Assembly: GCA_031413515.1 (NCBI GenBank)
Contig: JANOFF010000112.1
Location: 3,753-67,752, forward strand
From: a bacterium
GTDB taxonomy: Bacteria > Myxococcota_A > UBA9160 > UBA4427
Direction of reading: 5' to 3'
DNA length: 64,000 nt
Shown piece by piece: positions 8,776-19,100 of the stretch. Below the pieces are notes generated by a model, which worked only from the letters and a program-made list of their open reading frames with translations, ran no database searches and was not told where the DNA came from. The stretch's first letter is position 1, and every line of letters begins with the position of its first letter. Made by a program: the position numbers and the translations under genes.

Positions 8776-11274
8776 TTGCTCTCTCGGTACCGGATCCTCG
8801 ATCTCGCTGATGAACGCGGTGCGATGGCGGGCCGGATCCTCGCGGATCTCGGAGCCGAGGTGATCCGCATCGAGCCGCGCGGCGGTGACCCGCTGCGACG
8901 ACGCGGGCCGCAGATCGCGAGTGCGCGAGCCGGGGAGGGCGGCGTCGCTTGGGGGGTCGCGCAGGCGGGCAAGCGCGGTCTCGTGCTCGATCTCGTCGCC
9001 AACGAGAAGGATCGCGACACGTTTCGCTCGCTCGCCGCGGGTTCGGACGTCGTGATCGAGAGCTTCCGACCGGGTCGACTCGCAGAGTTCGGGCTCGACT
9101 GCGAACGCATCGTCGCGGGTCTGCCCGCGTCGCATCCCGGGCTCGTCTGGTGTTCGATCACGCCGTTCGGACAGAGGGGTCCCTACGCCGACTACGCGGG
9201 CCACGATCTCGTCTGCGTCGCGATGGGGGGCAATGCGAGCATGACGGGGGATCCGGATCGGCCGCCGCTTCGCTGCAGCCTGCCGACCGCCTACATGCAT
9301 GCGGGTCCCGAGGCGGTCGTCGGCGTGTTGCTCGCGCTCTTCGGGCGCGCCGATCTCGGGCGTGGACAGCACGTCGACGTGTCGCTGCAGGAGACGCAGC
9401 TCGCCACTCTGATCAGCGGGGCCGGGCAGGTCGCCTCGGGCGCTCCGCTGCGTGTGCGCGCGGGCTCGCGCACGGGGCGCACCCGCGAGATCTGGCGCTG
9501 CCGCGACGGCTTCGTCTCGTATGGACTGCGCGGGGGTCCGGCGCGCGCAGGCAGTCTGCGCGCGACCGTCGACTACATGGCCGAGTCGGGACTCGCACCC
9601 GAGTGGCTGCGCGCGATCGACTGGGCGAACTACAGCCCGCTCACGCTGGACGACGAAGCCCTCGCGCGCCTCGAGGCGGTGTTCGGCGCCTTCTTCGAGA
9701 GCCGCACGATGCGCGAGCTGTACGAGCAGTCGCTCGCGCGCCGCATCCTGCTCGCCCCGTGCAACGATGCGCGCGAGATCCTCGTGCAGCCGCAACTGCG
9801 TTCGCGGGACTTCTTCGCGCGAGTGGCGTGGCCGGGGGCGCGGGCCGGCGAAGGCGTCGAAATGCCCGGTGCCTTCGCGCGGTCGTCTGCGTCGACGATC
9901 CGCGTGCGCGGTCCCGCACCGAGCCTCGATCGAGATGGCGCGCAGTTGCGCGAGGAACTGGCGCGAGCCCCGCGCCGCGCGATCGAAGCACCGCGTGCCG
10001 AGTCGCTGCGGCTCGCGACGCGTGCCGGTCCGCGCGGCGTGCTCGAGGGGCTGCGCGTGCTCGAGTTCGGCTCGGGGGCCGCCGGGCCGGTGGCGACCCG
10101 CTATCTCGCCGAGCAGGGCGCGACGGTGATCCGCATCGAGTCGGCGAAGCGCCCCGACTTCCTGCGCCTGCTGCATGTCACGAGCGAGAACCGCCACGAG
10201 CCCGGGATCCTCGAGCAGGCACCGATGTTCGTGCTGCTGAATCCCGACAAGCAGAGCCTGGCGGTCGATCTGAAATCGCCTGAGGGCGTGGCGCTGGTGC
10301 TGCGTCTGGTCGACGAATGGGCGGACGTCGTGGCCGAGAATTTCGCGCCCGGCGTGATGGAGGGCTTCGGGCTGGGCGCGGCGAGTCTGCTCGCGCGTCG
10401 GCCAGATCTCGTGATGGTGCGCGGTTGCCTGTTCGGACAGACCGGCCCGCAGCGGCAGTATCCGGGCTTCGGCGGGCAGGGCGCCGCGATCGCGGGCTTC
10501 AATCACGTGACCGGCTGGCCCGATCGCGAAGCCCTCGGCCCCTACGCGACGATCACCGATTCACTCTCGCCGCGCTTCGTGTGCGCCGCACTGCTGGCCG
10601 CACTGCTTCATCTGCGGCGCACCGGCGAGGGACAGGCGATCGATGTGTCGCAGATCGAGACCGGCGTCTATGCGCTCTCCGAGATGATCGCCAGACACTC
10701 GGCGACGGGCGAGGTGATGACCCGCGCCGGCAATCGCGCAGAGGACGCCGCGCCGCACGGCATCTACCCGTGTCGCGATTCGGATGCGCCCGGTCCTGCG
10801 CGCGAGCGCTGGATCGCGATCGCGGTGCAGGACGACGAGCAATGGACGCGGCTCGTCGAGGCAATGGGTCGGCCCGCCTGGGCGACCGATCCGCGGCTCG
10901 CCCGGCTGCACGGGCGCCTGGCCGTCGTCGACGCGATCGACGTCGCTCTCGCGGTGTGGACGCGCGAGCAGGACGCCGAGTCGCTGATGCACAGGCTGCA
11001 GCGCGGCGGCGTCGAAGCCGGCGTGGTGCGTGACTTTGCGCAGCTCGCCCACGACCCGCAGCTGGCTGCGCGCGGCCACTTCGTGCGCCGCGTGCATCCG
11101 GTGCTCGGCGAGCTGGCGTTCGAGCGCTCGGGCTTCCGGCTTTCGGAGACGCCGGGCAGGGTGGCGCGCGCCGCTCCGCTGCTCGGCGAACACACCCATG
11201 CGATCCTCACCGATCTGCTCGGGATGTCCGAGGCGGAGATCGCCGATCTGCACGCGCGCGGCATCACGACGTGA
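8776..11274 (+). CDS. Tandem-fused family III (CaiB/BaiF) CoA-transferase (two complete domains in one 832-aa chain)
   Basis: The N-terminal signature occurs twice: ..YRILDLADERGAMAGRILADLGAEVIRIE.. and ..LRVLEFGSGAAGPVATRYLAEQGATVIRIE... The start codon is TTG; there is no in-frame ATG upstream. Confidence 0.85.
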   Translation: MLSRYRILDLADERGAMAGRILADLGAEVIRIEPRGGDPLRRRGPQIASARAGEGGVAWGVAQAGKRGLVLDLVANEKDRDTFRSLAAGSDVVIESFRPGRLAEFGLDCERIVAGLPASHPGLVWCSITPFGQRGPYADYAGHDLVCVAMGGNASMTGDPDRPPLRCSLPTAYMHAGPEAVVGVLLALFGRADLGRGQHVDVSLQETQLATLISGAGQVASGAPLRVRAGSRTGRTREIWRCRDGFVSYGLRGGPARAGSLRATVDYMAESGLAPEWLRAIDWANYSPLTLDDEALARLEAVFGAFFESRTMRELYEQSLARRILLAPCNDAREILVQPQLRSRDFFARVAWPGARAGEGVEMPGAFARSSASTIRVRGPAPSLDRDGAQLREELARAPRRAIEAPRAESLRLATRAGPRGVLEGLRVLEFGSGAAGPVATRYLAEQGATVIRIESAKRPDFLRLLHVTSENRHEPGILEQAPMFVLLNPDKQSLAVDLKSPEGVALVLRLVDEWADVVAENFAPGVMEGFGLGAASLLARRPDLVMVRGCLFGQTGPQRQYPGFGGQGAAIAGFNHVTGWPDREALGPYATITDSLSPRFVCAALLAALLHLRRTGEGQAIDVSQIETGVYALSEMIARHSATGEVMTRAGNRAEDAAPHGIYPCRDSDAPGPARERWIAIAVQDDEQWTRLVEAMGRPAWATDPRLARLHGRLAVVDAIDVALAVWTREQDAESLMHRLQRGGVEAGVVRDFAQLAHDPQLAARGHFVRRVHPVLGELAFERSGFRLSETPGRVARAAPLLGEHTHAILTDLLGMSEAEIADLHARGITT

Positions 11275-11328
11275 GGCGTCGCTGCGGATCGAGCGCCGCT
11301 CGAACCCCGCTCCAGGAGAGTTGACCGG

Positions 11329-12516
11329 ATGGATCTGCGCGACTCACCCGAAGAAGCCCGCTTCCGACGCGACGCGCGCGCCTGGCTCGAAGCCAACTTG
11401 CCCGAGGGCTGGGGGACGCCCGCGTGGCGCAAGCCCCCGGATGCGTTCGGCGAAGTCGCGTTCTTGAAGCAGTGGCAGCGCAAGCTGTTCGACGGGGGCT
11501 TCGCGGGGCTCGATTGGCCGGTCGCGTACGGGGGCCGCGACGTCGGCGTGATCCAGAACATGATCTGGCACGAGGAATACACGCGGGCGCGCGCACCGAA
11601 CCAGATCAGCCTGTCGGTCGGGACGAGTCTCGTCGGGCCGACGCTGATCGCCCGCGGTTCGGAATGGCAGAAGGAGCGCTTCATCGCGCCGATCCTGCGC
11701 GGCGAGGAGATCTGGTGCCAGGGATTCTCCGAGCCGGGCGCGGGCTCGGATCTCGCGTCACTCCGGACGCGCGGCGACGTCGTGGGCGACGAGATCGTGG
11801 TGAACGGGCAGAAGACCTGGACGAGCTTCGCCCAGCAGGCGGACTGGTGCATTCTCGTCGTGCGCACCAACCCCGACGCGGCGAAGCACCGCGGACTCAG
11901 CTTTCTGCTCGTCGACATGAAGACGCCGGGCATCACGATCCGCCCGCTGGTCGAGATGACCGGGCATGCCTGGTTCAACGAAGTGTTCTTCGACGACGTG
12001 CGCGTGCCGCGCGAGAACGTCGTCGGCGAGATCGACGGCGGCTGGGACATCGTGATCACGACGCTGTCTGTCGAGCGAGGAAGCTCGGCCCAGCATGCGC
12101 GCCTCGAAGCCGATCTGTCGCGACTGATTACCGCCGCGCGTCGCACGCCGCGGGGCGGAGCGAGCGCCGCCGACGATCCGCTGGTGCGCCAGCGCCTCGC
12201 CGAATTCGCCGGCGAGGTGATGGTGATGCGCATGACCGCCTATCGGAACGCCTGGGCGCTGCAGGACAAGGGCATCCCGGGGCCCGAGGGTTCGACACTC
12301 AAAGTGGTCTGGAGCGAACTCGACCAACGCGTGAAGGCCGCGGCAATCGAGATCCTCGGCCCGGCCGCGATGGTGCCCGAAGGCGATCCACTCGCCCTCG
12401 ACGACGGCCACTGGGCCTACGAGGCGCTCTGGTCCCGCGCGTCGACCCTCTACGCCGGCACGTCGGAGGTGCAGCGCAACATCATCGCAACGCGGGTGCT
12501 GGGTCTGCCGCGCTGA
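11329..12516 (+). CDS. Acyl-CoA dehydrogenase (FadE-like)
   Basis: 395 aa. Contains ..CQGFSEPGAGSDLASL.., ..NGQKTWTS.., and the C-terminal ..YAGTSEVQRNIIA... Confidence 0.9.
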   Translation: MDLRDSPEEARFRRDARAWLEANLPEGWGTPAWRKPPDAFGEVAFLKQWQRKLFDGGFAGLDWPVAYGGRDVGVIQNMIWHEEYTRARAPNQISLSVGTSLVGPTLIARGSEWQKERFIAPILRGEEIWCQGFSEPGAGSDLASLRTRGDVVGDEIVVNGQKTWTSFAQQADWCILVVRTNPDAAKHRGLSFLLVDMKTPGITIRPLVEMTGHAWFNEVFFDDVRVPRENVVGEIDGGWDIVITTLSVERGSSAQHARLEADLSRLITAARRTPRGGASAADDPLVRQRLAEFAGEVMVMRMTAYRNAWALQDKGIPGPEGSTLKVVWSELDQRVKAAAIEILGPAAMVPEGDPLALDDGHWAYEALWSRASTLYAGTSEVQRNIIATRVLGLPR

Positions 12517-13663
12517 GCGCCGGCCCGATCAGATCGTCGGCCGCGAGGGCGCGCAGTTCCGACACACTGCCATATTCGAGAGCCGCCGCCTGGGCGCGCT
12601 TGTAGTAGAGCTGCAGATCCTGCTCCCAGGTGAAACCGAGCCCGCCGTGGATCTGGATCCCCTGACCGGCGACGGCGAGCCCCGCGTCCGCCGCATAGGC
12701 TTTGGCGAGCCGTGCGTGAGTGCGCGACCCGGGCTCGTCGTCGTCGAGCGACCAGGCGGCGTAGAGGGCCGCCGAACGGATCCCCTCGGCCCGGATCAAC
12801 ATGTCGGCGCAGCGGTGCTGCAGGGCCTGGAAGCGACCGATCGGCTGCCCGAATTGCTCGCGGGTCCGGGCATATGCGACCGACAGCTCGAGAACCCGTT
12901 GAGCCGAGCCAGCCTGCTCGGCGCAGACGGCCACGCGGGCGCGGTCGAGGCAGGCCTCGAGGATCGGCCAGCCCCCGCCCGGCGCACCGATCAGTCGGTC
13001 GCGGCCGACCACCACCCCGTCGAACTCGACCTGGCCGCGGGGGCGCGTGCGGTCGTTGTAATCGAGAGCGCGCCGCTCGATTCCCGGTGAGTCGGTGTCG
13101 ACGAGGAACAGCCCGACGCCTGCGAGTTTGTCGGGTCCCGCGGCGCCGGTCCTTGCCGCGACGAGCAGGGTGTCTGCACCCGGCGCATCGAGGACGAACT
13201 GCTTGCGGCCCGACAGCGTGAAACCGTCGGCGTTCGCGATGGCAGTGAGATGAATCGTCTCGGGGTGCCAGCTGACGTTCACCTCGAGTTGCGCGAGTGC
13301 CACGCGGCGCCGGCCCGCGGCGAGCAGCGGCAACCAATGGGTGCGCTGTGCGTCGGACCCGCCGCGCAGCAACGCCGTCACTCCGACGACTGCGCTCGAC
13401 ACGAACGGGGCCGGACACAGCACGCGACCCATCTCTTCGAGCAGGATCGCGACCTCGACCATCCCGAGCCCACTGCCGCTGTGGCGCTCGGGAATCAAGA
13501 GCCCGAGCCAACCAAGTTCCGCCATGCGCTGCCAGAGAGGCTCGGGGAAGTAGCCCGGATCCGCGACCTGCTCGCGCACCAGCGAGATCGGGCACTCGGC
13601 GGCCAGGAAAGTGCGCGCGCTGTCGCGAAGCGACGCCTGCTCCTCGCTAAGTCCGACGTTCAT
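12482..13663 (-). CDS. Acyl-CoA dehydrogenase
   Basis: Start at ATG 13663 (MNVGLSEEQASLRDSARTF..). The C-terminal ..IHGGLGFTWEQDLQLYYKRA.. is an ACAD signature. It overlaps the convergent ACAD gene by 35 nt. Confidence 0.85.
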   Translation of the reverse strand: MNVGLSEEQASLRDSARTFLAAECPISLVREQVADPGYFPEPLWQRMAELGWLGLLIPERHSGSGLGMVEVAILLEEMGRVLCPAPFVSSAVVGVTALLRGGSDAQRTHWLPLLAAGRRRVALAQLEVNVSWHPETIHLTAIANADGFTLSGRKQFVLDAPGADTLLVAARTGAAGPDKLAGVGLFLVDTDSPGIERRALDYNDRTRPRGQVEFDGVVVGRDRLIGAPGGGWPILEACLDRARVAVCAEQAGSAQRVLELSVAYARTREQFGQPIGRFQALQHRCADMLIRAEGIRSAALYAAWSLDDDEPGSRTHARLAKAYAADAGLAVAGQGIQIHGGLGFTWEQDLQLYYKRAQAAALEYGSVSELRALAADDLIGPALSAADPAPALR

Positions 13664-13860
13664 GGGGCGAGGGGCTCCTGGCCTCTTGGCTTGACGTACA
13701 GAGTCGAGAAACGCCGGGCGAGCGTCAAGTCGAGCGGCGTGGGGTCGTGGGACCGACGATGCCGCGTTTGGTGCAAACACCCCGAGAGCTACGCTGCCTC
13801 TATCGAGTCCGTCCGGGAGAACGCGGATTGCCGAGCGACAGCGCACGTGCGGCAGAACTC

Positions 13861-14490
13861 ATGGCCCAGACCGGACGGGTGCTCGGACCCCGCGCGCTGC
13901 GCACGCGCCGTCGGCTTCTCGACGCCACCGCGGCGCTGTTTCGGGAGCGCAGCGTGCTCGACATCTCGGTGGTCGAGATCGCGAGAAGAGCCGAGACCTC
14001 GCCGGCCACCTTCTATCACTACTTCAAGGACGTCGAGGAAGCCGCGCTCGATCTGGCCCGCGAGGCGGCCGACGAGATGCCGGGCCTGGTCGACCTGATC
14101 AACGGCAGCTGGCAGGGCGAGGCCGGCATGCAGACGGCGCGCGCGGTCGCGCAGGCGTTCATGGATCACTGGGAGGCCCATCACGCCGTGCTGCTGATCC
14201 GCAATCTGGCGGCCGACAAGGGCGATCCGCGCTTCCAGGAGGTCCGCCGCGCGGCCCTCTCGCCGTTCCTCGAACGCCTCGCGGCGCGTATCGGCGAAGC
14301 ACAGCAGGCGGGGCGGGTCGCCGGGTCCCTGCACCCGTTCGCGGCCGCCGCCGCCCTGGGGTCACTGCTCGAGTCGCTCTCGGCCCACGCCGCCGAGCTG
14401 ACCCAGCGCGGCGCCGGTCGCAGCGAATTGATCGCGACTTCGGCCGCGATCCTGTTCCAGGTGGTGACGGGGCGTCCTCCGAACGTGTGA
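13861..14490 (+). CDS. TetR/AcrR family transcriptional regulator
   Basis: HTH region ..LDISVVEIARRAETSPATFYHYFKDVEEA... ATG 13861 is preferred over the upstream GTG at 13747. Confidence 0.8.
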   Translation: MAQTGRVLGPRALRTRRRLLDATAALFRERSVLDISVVEIARRAETSPATFYHYFKDVEEAALDLAREAADEMPGLVDLINGSWQGEAGMQTARAVAQAFMDHWEAHHAVLLIRNLAADKGDPRFQEVRRAALSPFLERLAARIGEAQQAGRVAGSLHPFAAAAALGSLLESLSAHAAELTQRGAGRSELIATSAAILFQVVTGRPPNV

Positions 14491-14708
14491 TGCGCACCCG
14501 TTGGCTCCGGAGATTTTCCGGCCCGACGGCTCTTTCGGGCTTGATGTGCCCGCAGCGCTGGCGCAATATGGTGTCACCCGGGTTGGCCGTTCGACCCGGC
14601 CCGCCACGTGATGAGCGCATTCGCGCGAGCACGCGACGAGAAGGCCCGATTCCCCCAAAATGGAAATGGGCCCACACCCTCGTCGACTAGCGCCACGTCG
14701 CACGCCAT

Positions 14709-14775
14709 GGCAAAAGGAACGGCAGGGCGCCCGGGCGGAGACCCCATCTCTCCCTCGGGCGCTTTTCCTTTTGCC
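14709..14775. terminator. Long hairpin with A-tract/T-tract flanks (candidate bidirectional intrinsic terminator)
   Basis: GGCAAAAGGAA (14709-14719) pairs perfectly with TTCCTTTTGCC (14765-14775). An inner GCGCCCG/CGGGCGC stem is followed by TTTTCCTTTTG. It lies between convergent genes. Confidence 0.45.
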
Positions 14776-14801
14776 GATCCGTTCTTGGATCCGGTATCGG
14801 A

Positions 14802-16082
14802 TCAGCGCCCGCAGCGCTCCTGGATCCACGGCACGACGAGATCCATCAGGGCCTCGACGTCGGGCGTCTCGCGCGAGCCGAACTCGGGCTCGAAGTAGTG
14901 GCGGGCGGTGGGGAACGATTCGAAGCGGCGATCGGCTGCCGCGACTGCCGCGAAGATCGGCCGCGCGTCGGTCTCGGGATAGATCTCGCGATCGCGTCCC
15001 GCATTCACCACCAACGTCGGGGCCGAGATCGCCGGCAGCGTCTTCAGCAGGTCGGCGTTCGACGACAGGCCCGACCAGGTCGAGAGCCAGGCCCGCGGTG
15101 TGCAGATCCGCGCGAATCCCATCAACGCCATGTTCATCAGATCGGGGCGGTCGCTGAGCAGCGATCCGTAGTCGCGATCCGATGGATCGAGATGGCGATC
15201 GACGTAGTGCAGATTCGCCATCGTGCGGTACACGACCATCACGGGTTCGAAGGCTTCGTGCAGCAGGATCCGGCGCTGTTCTTCGGCGGGCAGGGCGTTG
15301 AAAGACGGATCCGCGTGAAGCGCCTCGGCGGCACTCGCTTCCCGGGCGAGCGCGTGGGCGGTAGCGTCGAGCCTCCTCACCCGATCGAGCTGCGCGGCCC
15401 GGTAGCGGCGCACGAAGCCGGCGTCGAACTCGCTCCATTCGGGTGCGGGCCGGAAGCCGTTCTGCGGGTCGTACATGTCGAGCGAGGCGTCGCACACGTG
15501 CGGATCGCGCTCGTCGACCACCGCGGGGTCGATGCACTCGTTGATGACTCGTCCCTCGCCCTTGTGGGCCGAGACGTAGATCATCGCGTCGGCGGGCGAG
15601 AGGTCGAACTGCGCGAGCCGGGTCGGCGCGCCCGCCGGTGTCAGGGCGATGCGGTCCGCGGGCGCCGCTTCGGCCTGGGCCTGGTAGAAGCCGAACAACG
15701 AGCCGCCGCCCGAATTGCCGAGCAGCACGATCCGCTCGACGCCGCGGTCGCGCAGGTGCGCGATGCAGGCCCCGACGTCGAGGATGATCTGCTCGTGGAC
15801 GGTGTCGGTGTCGTTGTTCGGGTTGCGGGTGTTCGCGCCGAGGCAGCCGATGCCGGCGGCCAGCAATCTCGGAAAGCTGTAGTGGCGTCCGAAGTCGACC
15901 CGCGGATGCATGGCGATCACCGCGACGCGTGGCCGCGGCGTGCCGGCGGGCGTCCACCAGAGTGCGGTGGATTCGCGGCGATCGGCGGCGCGCAGCAGCA
16001 GCGGTTCGACCTCGGCCTGCTCGGGCGCACGGCGGAAGTGGAAGGGCGTGCCCTCCCAATAAGTACGGCTCACCAGCAGCAC
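14802..16082 (-). CDS. Alpha/beta hydrolase fold protein
   Basis: 426 aa with a GTG start. The nucleophile elbow is ..LLGNSGGGSLF... No finer family recognised. Confidence 0.7.
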   Translation of the reverse strand: MLLVSRTYWEGTPFHFRRAPEQAEVEPLLLRAADRRESTALWWTPAGTPRPRVAVIAMHPRVDFGRHYSFPRLLAAGIGCLGANTRNPNNDTDTVHEQIILDVGACIAHLRDRGVERIVLLGNSGGGSLFGFYQAQAEAAPADRIALTPAGAPTRLAQFDLSPADAMIYVSAHKGEGRVINECIDPAVVDERDPHVCDASLDMYDPQNGFRPAPEWSEFDAGFVRRYRAAQLDRVRRLDATAHALAREASAAEALHADPSFNALPAEEQRRILLHEAFEPVMVVYRTMANLHYVDRHLDPSDRDYGSLLSDRPDLMNMALMGFARICTPRAWLSTWSGLSSNADLLKTLPAISAPTLVVNAGRDREIYPETDARPIFAAVAAADRRFESFPTARHYFEPEFGSRETPDVEALMDLVVPWIQERCGR

Positions 16083-16155
16083 GATCCGATCTCCTTTGTT
16101 CTTCCGCCAGCCAACTCGGAATCCGACTTCGAGAGCTGCGCAGGCAGCCCGGAGG

Positions 16156-19100
16156 TCAGGACCCCGATTTCAAGTCGGTGATGCGCGACTCGGCGTCGCG
16201 GATCCGCGCGGTCAACACCGGGAACACCTCGAACGAGATCTCGGGCGCCTGCAGGATCAGCTCGCGGAAGCGTCCGCTCGCCAGCGTGAGCAGGCGCGAA
16301 TCCTGCGACGCGATCGCGGTGGCGCTGCGCGGCTCGTTGTCGAGGATCGCGATCTCGCCGAAGTAGCCGACCGGTCGCATCACGCCGCGGCGCTCCTCGG
16401 CCGGCGTGTGCCAGGCCTTGTAGAAGGTGACCTCGCCCTCGACCAGGATGAACAGCTCGCGGCCGGGCTCACCCTCCCTCACGATCACCTCGCCGTCGAG
16501 GAACTCGACGGGCGCCAGCAGCCGGTTGATCACTTCGAGCTGTTCGAGCGACAGGTGGGCGAACAGGGGCACGCGCTGCAGGGCCAGCAACCGCTCCATG
16601 ATGTCCGCCTCCTCAGTGGGTTCGACGCCGGGTTCCGTACCGGCGCCGACGGGCGCCCGGTCACCGTAGCGGGCGGCGGCCAACCGCAGCCAGCGATCGG
16701 TCGAAGCCGAGGCGTCTTTCAACACGTCATCGAGGTTTCTCGGAGGCCGGACGGCCGGCGTCACGCCGTCGAGTTTGTCCTCGATCGCGCCGTCCTCGAG
16801 CAACAGCGCGAGCCGCGCCGTGATGTCTCGATCCGCAAGATTCGAGAGCACTTCGAGCGCATCGGCGCGTCCGCGGGCGCTGCCCTGATCGAGGGCCCGC
16901 ACGACGCTGCGGACCACCGTGGGGTCCTCGATCCGCTCGAGTACGCGAAACGCCAGCACGCGGGCGCGCCGGTACGAATTCTCGAGCGCGGCGTGCAGGA
17001 AACGCTCGGCGACCTCGTCCGACCGCGGACAGATCGCGATGGCGAGACGGGTCTTCCACGCCTCCGCGACCCGCTCTTCGAGAAACTGCGCGAGCAGCGA
17101 CTGTGCGACGCGTCCGCCGGCTCCGGCCAGGGCCCCGAGTGCGGAGTCGACGGTCCAGATCCGATTGCCCCGGCAGAAGGGTGCGGCGGCCAGCACGCCG
17201 ATCTCGCCCATCGAGGCGAGCGCGGCCTGGGCCTCGATCCGAACCGGCCGCGAGACGTCGTCGAGCGCCCGGGCGAGCGCGTCGGTCGAAAGCGGATCGT
17301 TTCGTCTCGCGAGCGCGCGGGCCGCGGCACGCCGGACCGAGGGTCCCACGTGGCGCAGATCCTCGACCAGACGCTCGCCGGGGATCTCTGCGTCGGCGCC
17401 CACCCGGACCAGGCAGTCGATCGCGGCGGCCCGCACTTCGGGTTCGAGGGAATCGGCCAGCGAGCGCGCCACGCTCGTCGCCGTTGCCGTCGCCGGCAGC
17501 CGGGTCAGCGCCGCCACGGCGTCGACCGGGTTCTCGGAGCGGGCCATGTCGCGAAGCGGCTCGTCCCCCTCGTCGCCGAGTCGCAGGGCCACCTCGGCCC
17601 GCACATCGGCGTCGGGATCCGCGAGATGGGCGCGCAGGCGGTCGCGCAGACCCTCGTCGATCCGGGCCAGCCGGGCGGTCAGGATCGCCGCGGTGTGGCG
17701 TGTGCCCGCGTCGGGATCGTCGATCGCCTGGGCGACCAGCCACTCGAGCCAATCCGGATCGGAGAGACCGGCGTCGACCAGTGCCGTCAGGGCCGCGGAG
17801 CGGACGCGCGGATCGCCGTGTCGCGTCTGACCGGCGACCAGCTCGGTGAAACCACGCGCCGCCAGCGGCGCGGCGAGTTCGAGCAGTGCCAGCGAGATCC
17901 GCTCGGATTGCTCGGTCAGCGTCTGCTGCCAGAGTGCAGCCAGACCACTGAGTTCGCGGTCGCCGAGTCCCTCGGCGATCGCGCCGAGATCGAGTCGCCC
18001 GTGCCGCAGTTCCTCGACCAGGCTCTTCAGGTATTCGCGCCGGACGATCCAGTTGGCGCCGGCGTACAGGATCGCACCGGCTGCTCCGAGTCCGGCCAGC
18101 CACAACGTCGAGGCCGCGTCGCCGAGCACGAGCAGCACCGCGCCCGCGATCGACATCGCGGCGTAGAAGACGACGCCCTCGAGCAGGGCGCGCATCCGGC
18201 CCCGGAAGCGATGGGGCAGGGCGTTGTACGACAGCGCGCGCACGGGGCCGGCCAGCGCGTTCTCGAGCAGCTCGCGATCGACCCGTGCCAGGACGGCGAT
18301 CCACAGGCGCGGATCGATCGCGAGGCCGACGAATGTGACCAGCGTGAGGACCGGATGGGCGAGATTCGCCTGAGCGACCCCGAAGCGCCGGATCAGCCAG
18401 GGAGTGAGCGCATTGCCCACCAGGATCTCGATCCCGTTGGTGACGGCGAGATACACGCCGAAGAAGGTGGCGAGCTGCTCGGCGCTGTCGAACGAGCGGC
18501 CGAAGATGTCGAGGTAGAGGACCTGCATCAGCGTCAGCGAGAACACCATGCCGACCACCGAGACGACCAGCCAGGTGGCCATGCGCGAGCGCGCGAGATA
18601 GCGCAGCGCGCCGCGCAGTCCCTCGACCGAACTCTCGTCGGCCTCGACCGAACCGACCGGTGCCCAGCGAAGCAACCGCGCCCGGGCGATCCGCACGTAG
18701 ATCGCAGCGAGCGTCAGCGTGATCGCCCAGGCGAGGATCAGGGCCTCGCCAGAGAGCGTGCGACTCACCGCCACGGCGAGCGCGCCCCCGAGCATGCCTC
18801 CGAGGCTCGATCCGACGGCGAACAGCGGGAACAGCCGCTTGCTCGCCAGGGTGTCGAAGAAATCGGCGCAGAAGGTCCAGAAGTGCAGGCTCACGAAGAC
18901 CGCCTGCGCGATGTAGAACGTGGCGAAGACGATCAGCAGCACGGCGCTCGATCCCGCGCGCAGGAAGTACACATCGATCAGCAGCGAGATCGCGACGCCG
19001 GACAGCAGGACGACGAACAGCCGGTCGTTGCGCATCCGACCGACCAGGCTGGCATAGACGATCGAGCTCGTGAGGGTCGCGAGCGAGGCGGTGATGATGG

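Noticed and set aside
12482-12516. The 35-nt overlap of the two acyl-CoA dehydrogenase genes as a sign of a frameshift or pseudogene.
   Set aside because: Both proteins have complete, conserved C-termini (..EVQRNIIATRVLGLPR and ..LRALAADDLIGPALSAADPAPALR). Convergent 3-prime overlaps of this size are common in compact GC-rich genomes.
14608-14898. 96-aa ORF in the long convergent spacer.
   Set aside because: It has no ribosome-binding site and a Ser/Pro/Gly/Arg-rich composition. It also runs into the 3-prime end of the hydrolase gene on the opposite strand.
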